A stretch of DNA of 64,000 nt, taken from the NCBI GenBank assembly GCA_951406725.2, contig OX597833.1:29326001-29390000 (forward strand), read 5' to 3'. A model generated the notes under the pieces. The model saw only the letters and a program-made list of their open reading frames with translations. It was not told where the DNA came from and searched no databases. Every line of letters begins with the position of its first letter. Position 1 is the stretch's first letter. This DNA comes from Octopus vulgaris. Taxonomy: Eukaryota. Of the stretch, positions 26,078 to 38,321 are shown piece after piece. Made by a program: the position numbers and the translations under genes.

Positions 26078-26790
26078 AATCCTTTCTGTTATAGGCACAA
26101 AGCCTAAAAGTTTGGAGGGATGGGGCTTGTTGATTACATCAATCCCAGTATTTGACTGGTACTTATTTCATTGACCCCAAAAGAATGAAAGGCAAAGTCG
26201 ACCTTGGTGATATTTGAACTAGGAATGTAAAGACTGACGGCATGCTGCTAAACATTTTGTCTAGTGCACTAATGATTCTGCCAGCTTGTCACCTTAACAA
26301 CAGACACAACAACAAAAACAACAATAATCCTTTCTACTAAAGACACAAGGCCTAAAATTTTGGGGGAGGGGACTGGTCGATTACATCGACTCCAGTGTTT
26401 CACTGGTACTTAATTTATCAACTCTAAAAGGATGAAAGGCAAAGCTGACCTCAACAGAATTTGAACTCAGAACATAGCAACAGGCGAAATCCTGCTAAGT
26501 ATTTCATCCAGCATGCTAATGATTCTGCCAGCTTGCTGCTTTAACAACAGCAACAATAATAACAACAATAATAATGGTTTCAAATTTTGGGCACAAAGCC
26601 AACAATTTCAGGGAGGAGTTAAGTCAATTACATCGACCCCAGGGCTTAACTGCTACTTATTTCATTGACTCTCTAAAAGGATGAAAGGCAAAGTCAACCT
26701 CGGTGGAATTTGAACTCAGAACATGAACACATGAAATGCTGCTAATCCTTTTTCCTGGTGTGCTGACAATCCTGCCATCTCACCACTTCA
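26078..26790 (-). mobile_element. Three tandem family A SINEs separated by (AAC/AAT)n
   Basis: ggatgaaaggcaaagtcgacct-like core three times; further copies at 28030-28300. Confidence 0.7.
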
Positions 26791-26814
26791 ATAATATAAT
26801 AATATAGTTAGTTA

Positions 26815-27625
26815 GTTCTCTCTGTGTCACGAGGCACAAAAGGTCGCAATACAGTTTCTCTGACCAGCTCTGTTTTCTACAATTGTTCTTGTGTCATTCC
26901 AGTTTCTCCACCCTTTTATCTTTTTTCCATGTCAATGGTCCTTCACCATGTGGTTTTAGGACATCCTGCTGCTCTTTATCTCCCAAGCTGCCACTTAGTT
27001 GCTACCATACAATTGCCTTCTTGAGCTTGTCTGAGGACCTACCTGACCCAATTCCAGCAACTTAATCTTATTTCATCACTGATCCTGTTGATGCCCATTT
27101 TCATCTCAATTGTGTAATTTCAGACTCTTTGCAACCACTTGGTGTTGAGTATTCTCCTTAAGCATGTGAATTGGAAGCTGTCCATCGTTTTTTCTTCCAT
27201 TTTTGTCACTTTCCAGTTTTCATATCCGTAGAGTAATACTGGCCAGACCAATGTCTTGAACAGCATCAGCTTCATTTTGCTGCCTATACCTTTGCTGCTC
27301 CATACCTTTGTTAGATTGTAGAATGCTCTCCAGGCTTCGGATATCCTGTTCTTTATATTTGCCATTCCCCCTCCATCATTCTTTTTGATATCACTGATTC
27401 TCACACAAGCTTGTTGTTTGGCATTAATCCTTAGTGTTTTACATTTTTCTGTGTCTTGCTCTGGATACGTCCGTAGGTGGATGATAGCAAATCTACATCA
27501 TCCACAAATTGAGATCTTCCATCTAATGCCATTCCTATGCCTTTCTGTTGTTCTTCACATGACCTAGTCTATCACCATGAGAAACAGGAAGCTTGACATA
27601 ACATATCACTTGACTTCAGTTGAGA
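26815..27625 (-). mobile_element. RTE LINE 3' fragment
   Basis: IKNRISEAWRAFYNLTKVW...LFKTLVWPVLLYGYENW...FQFTCLRRIL. Confidence 0.75.
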
Positions 27626-27629
27626 CTAT

Positions 27630-27980
27630 TTCAAGGTCCCTGAAATAGAGGTCTCAAAAATGCGGCAGCTAAGAACAACAACTGTACCTGTAATCATTGG
27701 AGCTTTTGGAGCAATACCAAATGGTACTCTTGAAAACTATGGTCAAATATCAGATAATGTGTTGTCCACATCCTAAGAAAGACATTGTTAACTTGAAAAT
27801 AGCCGAGTCTCTTAAAAGTATTCCCAAACTGAAATATTAGAAATTTAAAAGAATCTTAGTTCTCATATTCTTGTCTCCTTCCCTTATCATTATTACACAT
27901 ATGCAATATCCACAGTACAATGTTCATCTTTCTATTACAATAGGTCTTTGGGTGAGACTTGGAACAATTCATATAAAATA
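27630..27980 (+). mobile_element. R4/Dong-like C-terminus and 3' UTR remnant
   Basis: TTTVPVIIGAFGAIP motif; the UTR is repeated at about 17430-17572. Confidence 0.55.
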
Positions 27981-28329
27981 AAGCAACAACAATGTAAATA
28001 GATAAATAAATAAATAAATAATCACAATAATAATCCTTTCTACTAAAGGTACAAGGCCTGAAATATGTGGGGAGGGGACTAGTTGATTACATCAACCCCA
28101 GTGTTTCAACCCTGAAAGGATGGAAGGCAAAATCAACCTCAGCAGAAATTGGACACAGAATGTAGCAATGTGTGAAATACTGCTACCTTAATGATAATGA
28201 TGATGATCCTTTCGACTACAGACACAAAACCCTGAAATTTTGCAGGTAGGTGGCTAGTCAATGACATCAACCCCACAGCTCAACTGGTACTTATTTTAGC
28301 TCTTCTCTGTACTCCTCAACCAACAGATG

Positions 28330-29150
28330 CCAGCTTAGAGCAGCCCATGCACTCAGGTCATTTCTGCCACATTCATGCACCTTTCAACAAATCTCTCTCA
28401 ATATTCACCTTCCTTTCCAAAAAGAATTTTAAAAATATCAATGAGGACTTGGCTGAAGAAGAAAGTGTTTGTCTTCATTTCTTTCTGTCTTGTCCAGCAC
28501 ACAACCTCTTTTACTATAGACACCAGACAGAAGGAAACTCCTCGCCCTTCCTGACTAAAGGAAGGCAGCAGTGTGATCTTATAATGGAGTTGGCTGATAG
28601 CTGGATTTGTCCTAAGCATGATAACAGCTGTTTGATATTATTCCATAAGTCAGCAGTGCTTGAGCATTGTACAAGTATGTGCAAGACAGTTTTGTTGTTC
28701 TGTGTGCTTTTCAGGTTGGTGTGACTAATCGCACTACCACACTTGTACCACACTCTGAACCAGCAATGCATCCCAGTGGCATTTCCTGGTTAGGGACTTC
28801 TGGAAATTATTCATTGGCCTTGACCTGAAAGTCCTCTGGAAAAGACCAGGCAGTTGATTTTCTATGATACTCAAAGTTTCCACATAAATGTTGTTGCTCT
28901 CACCCACCATTACATCTAACAGATCCCTAGAATGTCAAAGTGAAACATCCACTGACTGCAATGCCTGGTTGGTAGAGAGTTGTGAGCATCTGCTAGCATT
29001 CAAGGTGCAAGGCATTCTATCTTGGTCTATATTTGATCCATGACTGCAGCGAGCTGTGGAAAAGCATGTCTAACAAATGATGACCACACCAGCTCACCAT
29101 CAATGAAAGGCTGGAGATGTCATGGCCTCAGGGCATGTCTGTGCATTATT
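28330..29150 (-). mobile_element. L1/Tx1 ORF2 C-terminal fragment
   Basis: KTVLHILVQC...LLSCLGQIQLSANSII matches ETVQHAFVQC...VLSHLGRVQLSAGSMI. Confidence 0.7.
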
Positions 29151-29343
29151 ATTAGCCACAGCATGCCCAATGGATGCTGACAGCAAATGGGCCATTTTGA
29201 CCAATAGGATACATCAGTGTCCTTTTCTTTAAGACAGTAGAATATGAGCTGAAAAATCTTTGGTTGCTATTTCTAGCATATTGCCTGTCTGCATAGGATC
29301 TGTTGTTGGTATGTTACTTTGTACATGTACTATACCTGATTTG

Positions 29344-29405
<62 letters not shown>

Positions 29406-29569
29406 CAACTCTTACCTCCCATCATATTTCTTCTAAAGTACTCCTGCAGATGAAAGATGTTCCAACTGTGACCATCCAGTCCTATATTTCTGATATAGTG
29501 TATTGAGGAATACATTATCTTTTGTTTGTTTTCTCTCTCTCTTTATTTTTTTTGAAGCCATTAAAATAT

Positions 29570-30016
29570 AATTTGAATAAGATTTGCCTGCTAATTCTAG
29601 CAGGACATTTTCCAGTCAACCATAGTTACAGAAAGCTCTTCAATAGACATAACTTAAAAATCAGTTTCAGCTCAACTACTAATTTTAAAAATACACAAAA
29701 TGAAAAAAACCATAAAATGAAGCCAGCTGTTCCTGCAGGGATAAAAATTTGTGCCTGCTAAATGGAGCTTGCATGTCCGAGATAATCATTTATAAAGCCA
29801 CCATAGACTCTACAACCATTAATGGCACAGTTTCGACAAAGAAATATGTGGGCCTTACTGAGGGGAATTTCAAGGCCAGGTTCAATAATCACACCTTGAG
29901 CTTCAGGCACTGGGATAAAAGGAAAACGACCAAATTATCCAGTTACATATGGTCCTTAAAAGATAAAGGTGTCAGTTACAACATCCATTGGAAGATCTTA
30001 GACAAGTTTAAGCCCT
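29570..30016 (+). mobile_element. Penelope-like (Naiad-type) linker and GIY-YIG fragment
   Basis: HFPVNHSYRKLFNRHNLKISFS; IIYKATI...YVGLTEGNFKARFNNHTLSF...LSSYIWSLK. Confidence 0.85.
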
Positions 30017-30049
30017 AATAATAATAATAAAAACATATATTAGGTAGAA

Positions 30050-30153
30050 TAACAACACGTGTTTCGTGGCTATATTTAAGAAATGATTATAGTAAAAAAA
30101 TTAATAGTAGTAGTAAAATCACTTCGATATAGATATAGCCACTCATCAGGTTA
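30050..30153 (-). ncRNA. Type-I hammerhead motif with long helix II
   Basis: taac-CTGATGA-gtggctatat...atatagccac-GAAAC-acgt-GTT-gtta. Confidence 0.75.
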
Positions 30154-30225
30154 AAAATAAGCTAGAATAATAAAATAATTAATTAATAAATTAATAAATA
30201 AATATACTTTAAAATATATATATAT

Positions 30226-30622
30226 ACTCTTTTACTTGTTTCAGTCATTTGACTGCGGCCATGCTGGAGCACCGCCTTTAGTCGAGCAAATCGAACCCGG
30301 GACTTATTCTTTGTAAGCCCAGTACTTATTCTATCGGTCTCTTTTGCCGAACCGCTAAGTGACGGGAACGTAAACACACCAGCATCGGTTGTCAAGCAGT
30401 GCTCGGGGGACAAACACAGACACTCAAACATATACACACACACTTATATATATATACATATATACGACAGGCTTCTTTCAGTTTCCGTCTACCAAATCCA
30501 CTCACAAGGCATTGGTCGGCCCGGGACTATAGCAGAAGACACTTGCCCAAGATGCCACACAGTGGGACTGAACCTGGAACCATGTGGTTGGTTAGCAAAC
30601 TACTTACCACACAGCCACTCCT
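30226..30622 (-). mobile_element. tRNA-derived SINE (family B)
   Basis: Head ggagtggctgtgtggtaag...ggttcagtcccactg; tail ggcggtgctccagcatggccgcag. Confidence 0.8.
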
Positions 30623-30959
30623 TATATATATATATATTTATATATATATATAAAGGGAAGGTTTACGAAACTAAACAAAAGACGAAGGCAGGTTTACGAA
30701 AATAAACAAAAGATGAAGGCAGGTGGAGTACAAACAAACAATGTATTAGTATGGCGCTCAGGAATAGAAATAAAACAAGTCTTTTACATTTCAAGCCTAC
30801 GCTCTTCGACAGAAAGATACACAGAAAAGAAACAAGGAGAGAAAAAAATTGCGTGTAGGGGCTAACGATCCAAATTATATATAAGATACTAAATATACAT
30901 TAAGTGAAAACTAAAAACAATACTTAAATTATACAATACTTTAAAATTAATTAATATAC

Positions 30960-32065
30960 ACAATGCTAGTACAAGCCAATAATATTGTAATCAAAATAAG
31001 AAATGGTTCAAATATAAACAAACTCATTAAATAAGCTAACTATATAATTAATATATATGTGTAGTTTCTATAGATTTAATATATCACTCAATAATATAGT
31101 TGACTAAATATCAATTAATATAATACCTAATTTACTTAAATTTAATACTACTTAATAAATATACCACCTAATTATTAAATAATATATTGTCTAACAAAAT
31201 TAATTCTCAAATTAAATTAAATGTAATACATTAGATCCCTTTATAAAAATAATAATTAATCATTCTAAATAAATAGATATAATAATTAATAACTATCATA
31301 ACTTTTAACTATCAATATATATAATGGCGAAAAATTATTTACTAATGGAAAGTAAGAAACATTTAAGCTCTATAAATTAAAGAAAGGTGCAAAAAAATTA
31401 GAACAAATGAACAATACACTATGAAGATATTCAACTACAACCGACAGTCCATGACAAATTCAGTCAATAACAATAATAATAATAACAACAATCAAACTCA
31501 AAATAATACAAGATCCAAATAGTATTGATAAACAAACTATGTTACAAAGTTCAACGATTAAATTAATCTATCTGGATTTTAAATGTATAAAAATATATGT
31601 TTTAGTGTCTTATTAATATACCCAATGCTATTACTAGTCATGAATAATACAATCAAAATTAGGAAATGGTTCAAATATACACAAATCCATTATATAAACT
31701 AACTTTTTTATTAATCTATATGTGTAATATCTATAGATTTAATATTTCACACGATAATAAAGTTGAACATAATATTAATTAAAATAAAAACAAATTTACT
31801 TAAATGTAATACTACTTAATAAAAATATTATCTAATTAATAAATAATGTATAGTCTAATGAAACTAATTCTCAAATTAAATTATATGTAAAACGTTAAAT
31901 CCCCTTATGAAAATGAATAGATATCATAACTAATAACGATCGTAAATAATAACTATCTAGAAACTATAAATAAATAATAATATTTCAACAACAATAATAA
32001 TAACAATAATAATAATAATTTCAAACCCAAAACGATTCAAAATCCAAATGAAATAGATAAACAAT
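30960..32065. repeat. Diverged AT-rich tandem duplication (~660-bp period)
   Basis: caatgcta...aatcaaaat.a.gaaatggttcaaatata at about 30961 and 31623. Confidence 0.75.
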
Positions 32066-32127
32066 AAAACAGAAGATTATTTTCGTATATTTATTAATTA
32101 ATCATTTTTATTATTGTAGTTTATTTT

Positions 32128-32229
32128 TAATCTGATGGGTGGCTATATTTATATCGAAGTGATTTTACTACTATTAATTTTTTTACTATAAAACATTTCT
32201 TAAATATAGCCACAAAACACATGTCGTTA
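32128..32229 (+). ncRNA. Mutated inverted copy of the 30050-30153 hammerhead
   Basis: taat-CTGATGG-gtggctatat...atatagccac-AAAAC-acat-GTC-gtta; two core substitutions. Confidence 0.6.
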
Positions 32230-32900
32230 TTCTACCTAATATATACGTTATTATTATTATTTTACAATAATAAATCTCTGAACGAGATATAAACAGTAAC
32301 CGCTCGACAACGTAAGGTGTATTAGCCATCTGAATGTGGCTAGCCACTGGGGGTGGGGTGGGGTGTTACTGATGCTTTTAGCCCCAGGCGATCAACGTCA
32401 CCAGAAGGACTTTAGACACTATCTCAGTGCCCTTGTGTTATTTGCAAAGGGAGGTCATCCTCCCTCGAAGACCCGAGTACTACATACGGACTATAGTTTC
32501 AAGGTAATTGCCTCTCGTCAACGCATGGTAAGCACCGGTCTTCGATGAAATTTTCTTTATTATGATCAATAGATCTAACATAGAATGGGTACATTACAGG
32601 ACAAAACAATTACAAAAATGCTATGCGAGTTTGAATGAAATTTAAAAATTACAAAATTAAAATTTTATGTCACTTGAACGAAAACTTGGCTTACTTTGCC
32701 TTGAAACGAAACCTTGGCTTACTTTTGCCTTTATCACGAGAACTTTTAGTGCGTATGTTTTCTTTTCATTTCTTTTTTATTATTATTAATTCTTTATTTT
32801 AAACAGTTATGTACAGTGAAAGGTAATGGGAGGTACCAGTTTCAATTTTGAACCCGGCAGCCTATAAATCCCAGCAGCTGATTTTTCCTTTCCTCGATGA

Positions 32901-35900
32901 TTAAGCTGGGTTACTCTCACCCACCTTTCTCATCACATCCTTCCAACGTTCCATATACTCTTTCTGTGGCAAGCTCCTCTTCTCCAACCCCATCTTGCTC
33001 TTCAGATGATATCCGAAGTATTTTAACAAACCGGGGCCAGAGATAAAGGACCCTTTCACTAGACCTTCCACTCTAGTTCTCCATACACACTCTTTCAATA
33101 CTGCCACCGTACAGTAAAAACAAGCCTTACCTTCCTTTGAGAGTCCAGTTGGCGGTATCATCTTAATCATAGATCCAGCCGACAGCTGTACTCGTCCCAG
33201 ATGCGACAACACGTGTTCCACGTAACTTATCAAGCCTGACAGCTCCCGACATTGTACAAAAGCGTGTTGGACGGTTTCATCGTCCAACCCACATCTTGGA
33301 CACGTCGGTGGCACTGACATTCCGTGCCTGGATAACTTCTCGCGAACAGGTAATGCATTCCTATAGCACTGCCAGGTCAGGGATTTTTGGTAATTATCCA
33401 AATACCCCGGCCTGAAAGTCTTCTTAAACAGGTTGGAGAGTTGATCCTCATCGAACCCCAGAGCCCTTCCTAGGACGTCGTCATTTTTTCCTCCTACCAG
33501 CCCTTTATAGAACACCGAGGTGGTATTCCCGCTGCCGGCCTTACCCATCTTGTGGATCAGCCAGAGTGCCTGTCGGCACTCCTTCTGCCATGAAGTCAGT
33601 TTACGTCCTTTAATGAGACCGGGTGTAAATCCCTCCATAGAGGCCGGTCGCGGGAAGAATTCCTCTGCCGGCGAACTCCACACCTTATCATCCTCCAGGT
33701 AACACCAGAGGTGTCTCAGCCTCAACGCGTGTTTGCGCATCATTAGCCAAGGCATCCCCAGTCCACCCTTTAGCGGTTCCTGGCAACACACGGAGCGTCT
33801 CACAAGTGGCTTTCCTCCTTTCCACAAAAAGCGGAAAAGGAGTCGTTCCAACTTGTTTAACCATGAATCGGGGCAAGGCACGACGGTCAGGCGGTAGGTG
33901 ACGACAGAGGCTATAAACATCTGTGCCACCTCCGCCCTCCCTTTCAAGGAAAGATGCCTTCCGGACCACTTCCGTACTATGGCATCTACCTTGCTCGTTA
34001 CCTCGCTCCAATTCTTCTCCGTCTGGGAGTCTGGACCAAACCAGACTCCGAGCAATTTAACAGGACCATCCGTCCAGTGTCCAACAACACTGGACGGTAT
34101 CTGCTTGTTCCTCCAGGTGCCGAGGCGCAAACCGATGGACTTGTCCCTGTTAACTTTTGCCCCTGCCACCGCTTCGTATCTATGGAGAGCACCTACTACC
34201 CGAGGTAGCTGTGTTCCGTTGGACACGATGAGGGTGACGTCATCCGCATAGGCAGAAACAGACTTACCGCATCCGATTTCATTAGGGTTGCCTCCCAACT
34301 TCTCCAGCTTCCGCAGCAATGGCTCAAGAGCCAAAACATACAGGAGCGGGGACAAGGGGCACCCTTGACGAACTGAACGCTTGATCGAAAACGGCTCCGT
34401 TAGGTAACCGTTTATCTGGACTGTGGACTTGATGCCGCTGTACATAGCTGAGATCCACCCGCAGAAGCCAGGGCCCAGCCCAGCCGCTTCGAGAACCGCC
34501 GCCAAGTACCGATGGTCTACCCTATCAAACGCTTTACTTTGGTCTAAATGGACCAATTCCCCTCCTTTGCCGTCTAATTTCCCGACCCTATCTATAGTGT
34601 AGCGGAGAAGGTGAAGATTATCCTGGATCGACCTGCCTGGGATTGCACATGTCTGTGCCTTCCCGACAAGTTTCTCCACGACAGCCGTCAACCTTTTTGC
34701 TAACACCTTGGCCAAAATCTTAAACTCTACATTAAGTAGAGTCATGGGCCTGTAATTACTAATACTGTCCCCCTTGCTTGGGTCTTTCTGGACCAGCGTC
34801 ACAACTCCCCGACTCACAGAGCTGGGAATCCTCCCATTCTGTTGCCAGTTTGCATAGACGCTTGCCAGTATGTCCCCGAACAAGTCCGGCATACAACAAT
34901 AAAATTTATAGGGTAGACCATCCAATCCCGGCGACTTTTCCCCAGCGCACTCGGCCATAACCCCTCTTACCTCTGCGGGAGAGATCGATCCTTCACAGCA
35001 CTCCGCCTCACCTGCCGAGAGCCGAGGCCCACCAGCTAGGAAGTCCTTTAAGGTCTCCCCACGCTCGAGCGGACCACCGCCCCCAAACAGCCGTGCGTAA
35101 TGCTGGCGAAGGACCTTCTGCATCTCCCCCTGTCCATAGATCTTGCGGTCCTGCTCGTCAGTTAAGGACATAATACAGGACTTTTTGCCCTTCTGACTCT
35201 CCTCACGACGGGCCCATCCGGCAACGTTAATACCTTCCCGTTTTCCTGCACGTAACTTAGCTCTGACTCTACACCCCTCGTGCTTGGCGTTGAGGTGACG
35301 GTACAATACCGCTCTCGCTGCCAACACTCCGGATGCACAGCCAGATTCCATAGCCTCGTCTAAGTTCTTAACTAATTCGCCCTCTATTCTAGTCCTATCT
35401 AAACTTAGCTACTTGCTAAATCTAATGGACTCCAAACGGATGGCTCTTTTGAGGGCGAGCCACCATCTATTATTAATGATGGTGCCACATAATGCCCTCT
35501 GTACTAATTCCTTAATCCGGGTACGGAAAGCTTCACAGGTCAAAATAGACTTGTTCGTCTTCCAGTACCCGGGACCTTGTCTATGGCATTTATCTACATG
35601 TACCTCACACGTTACAAGTTTGTGATCCGTGTAAGGCACAACAGAGAATTGTGGACAGCTAACACTATTCCTATCTCGTTCCTTAATAAATACTCTATCT
35701 ATGTACGATCTGAGTGAGCCGTCGTTATTACTCCACGTCCACTGTGGAACGTTCGGCTCATCCAGTCGAAAACGGTCTACTAGATTAAAGCTCGCTAGTA
35801 GAGCCTTGAGGCCAGGATTCCCCTTCCTATCGCTCGAGCCTACACCATCCACCCGCGCATCGAGAATGGTGTTGAAATCCCCTACCAAGACTACCGTTTT

Positions 35901-36289
35901 GGACGTCACTAGAAAGTGCTCCAGTTCCCGATAAAAACCGGTCTGCCCACGTCCGTTAGGAGCGTAGACAGCCACCAACCTTAAGGACTGCTTACTCACG
36001 TGCGTCACATCTAGGACAACCAGCCTACCTTCTGGGTCCAAAAAGACAGTACTTACCTGTAAGTCCAAGTTCTTCCTGAAAAGAACTGCCACGCCTGCAC
36101 CTCCCCTCGGCTAGGAGAAATAAATTTCTCGTAACCATTGAGAAGTGGTGAGAACGCTTGGGGTCCTTTCATCTTGGACTCGGTAACAATAGCTACATCG
36201 ATTCTATGTGAAATGAGGTCGTCACGAAAACAAGCCTGTTTCCATTTCGATCCCATTCCACGCACATTTATACAACCTAACTTAATCAT
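32901..36289 (-). pseudogene. LINE ORF2: APE endonuclease, RT and C-terminal Zn finger (one frameshift near 36100, one in-frame TAG at 35409-35411)
   Basis: INVRG, VYAP, VGDFN, YIDRVF, TDH; NYRPMTLLN, LDQSKAFDRV, VRQGCPLSP, AYADD; CPRCGLDDETVQHAFVQC. Confidence 0.92.
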
Positions 36290-36312
36290 CGAGAAAAAAG
36301 AAAATTATTTAC

Positions 36313-37790
36313 TCACGGTTGCGAGAGGGAGCCTGACAGATTCTTTCTGCCTGTCTCCCCCCCACTCGCCGTTGCTGCTGGGTGTTTCACCGGCGTTGCC
36401 ACCGGGCTCTGGGTTGGTGTGGCTGCCGGGCTAACGGGTAATTTCCCAGTTGTCACCTCCTGGGTGACATCCTTAATGAAGCCGGCTTTTACGTGGCTTT
36501 GTAAGGTTTTGTCTTTCCATCCTTCTTCGCCGACCCTTCCATATCGCCACTCCGCTTCCTTCTCGGTCGCTTTGTAGCACCTGATCAGCGTACTTGCTTT
36601 CACCCATGTTTCTACTCTCACGTTCTTTGTGGTGTATGCAATAATTTTTTCGTTAGGTTTAAACCCTTTTACAGTTGGGGGGTGGGGTTTGTTAAAGTGC
36701 TGGCCTATAAGTGTAGTACCACCGGGGTGGGATTGGAGAATATTTTTAATTTGTTCGTCTGCGTTGTTTTTTTTTTTGATACGGGTGGGGAGTCAGGGGT
36801 GATGGATTTTTTCCTTTTGTTGGACACGTTCGTAAATTCCATGTCTTCTTGTTTATTTGTTTTTGTTGTATTATTTTCCTCATCCTTTCCTTTCTCATTT
36901 TGCATTTCGTTCTTGTCTTCCTCCTTTTTGGAGTTCGACCTGTTTATTTTTTCCTCCTTGTTTTCGCCAGCCGTTACTTTTTTCTCCACTTTGCTGCTTT
37001 CTGCATTCTTCACAGCATTTTGGGGGGGGGGGCGTTGCCCGCATTATTTTTTTTGTGCAAACGGAGCGAACGTGGCCCTTTTGCCCGCACTTAAAACATC
37101 TGGGCCTGCGTCCTTCCACCGAAACTCGTATGGAGTGCCCCTCCCCCACGAAGACTCTGTCTGGTAGGCTTTCCAACGTCGCATTTTCCGCCTGGATTAT
37201 CATCTCCAGCTGCTGGCCTCTCCAGTGTTTTGCAATTTTCCTCTTCATACTCAAAATTGTCAATTTTGATTCAACATAAAAAATGACCGCTGTTGCCGCC
37301 CACATCACGTCGTAGCCCGTTGGTATATCTTCTAGGGTCACTTTTGCGGTTCTGCATCCTAAATATAAGGGTAGCAGTATTATACTCTCGTTTTTCAATG
37401 TTTGTGTCGAAATTTGCCTTGCTACTTCCGCCGTTTCAAAATGCGCCTCCACTGTAGCGCTTCTTGCACCTCGGTTGACATGACTAACTTTACTCCATAT
37501 TGGAGCCATACACTTTTCGACCATTTCGTTTTTCACGTCGGTCATTCGTTTTTCCTTGATATTGTACACCCTGTAGGTGACCATTTTTTCCTTTATTGCT
37601 TGTATAGTTTCGGGGGGCGGTACCAATCGTGTTTCTTCACCACTTTTTAGCACCAGCGATCTAAACTTGAATAGTCTTTCCATTGACACCTACGGCGTCT
37701 GAAAAACTGGGTTTTGCCTGTGTTTCCTTTTGTTTAACAGTTGTTATACTTTCTCCCATCTCGGGAAAGTCTTTTTTTGAACTTAAGTCT
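36313..37790 (-). pseudogene. LINE ORF1 (gag-like, CCHC knuckle), broken at homopolymer runs
   Basis: CFKCGQKGHVRSVC in ORF 36895..37689; K/E-rich continuation in ORFs 36705..37013 and 36313..36621. Confidence 0.8.
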
Positions 37791-38141
37791 AATTCCATAT
37801 TAGACAACACAAACTTGTCACAAATGACAAGAGAATTTTTTTTTCCAAAAATAACCTATACAGGTTAAGAGTTCACACAAAAAAACACACAGAAATTTTC
37901 TACCCCGAAGGGCGAAAATTACTGGGTCAAAAACAGTTCAACAACGATATTACGTGTAACACGACAAAGTAGACAAACGGAAACGAACTCACACAACGAT
38001 TTGCAGCAACAGAAAAATATTGGTATACTCAGAGGAAAAATTAAAAAAACACCGGTCTTCGATGAAGGAGTCCCCTTGCAAATAAATATATAACGTTTTT
38101 CACAGCAACCACTGTCACTGATTTAGAAAAACTGTCTGAAA

Positions 38142-38321
38142 ACAATAATAAATCTCTGAACGAGATATAAACAGTAACCGCTCGACAACGTAAGGTGTAT
38201 TAGCCATCTGAATGTGGCTAGCCACTGGGGGGGGGGGGGTACTGATGCTTTTAGCCCCAGGCGATCACAGTGGTTGCTGTGAAAAACGTTATATATTTAT
38301 TTGCAAGGGGACTCCTTCATC
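38142..38321. repeat. Partial tandem plus inverted copy of the repeat hosting the Tx1 insertion
   Basis: 38142-38266 repeats 32264-32395; 38267-38321 is the reverse complement of 38061-38115. Confidence 0.85.

Larger units (their letters stand above)
32550..38049 (-). mobile_element. Near full-length L1/Tx1-clade LINE (5.5 kb)
   Basis: 17-bp TSD caccggtcttcgatgaa at 32533-32549 and 38050-38066; ORF1 and ORF2 present; aataaa near the 3' end. Confidence 0.92.

Noticed and set aside
30540-30622. tRNA-like A/B boxes
   Set aside because: SINE head with no full cloverleaf, so not called a tRNA gene
32330-32400. HDV-like ribozyme in the Tx1 host repeat (ctgggg...ccccaggcgat)
   Set aside because: Could not assign P1, P1.1, P2 or P3 pairings
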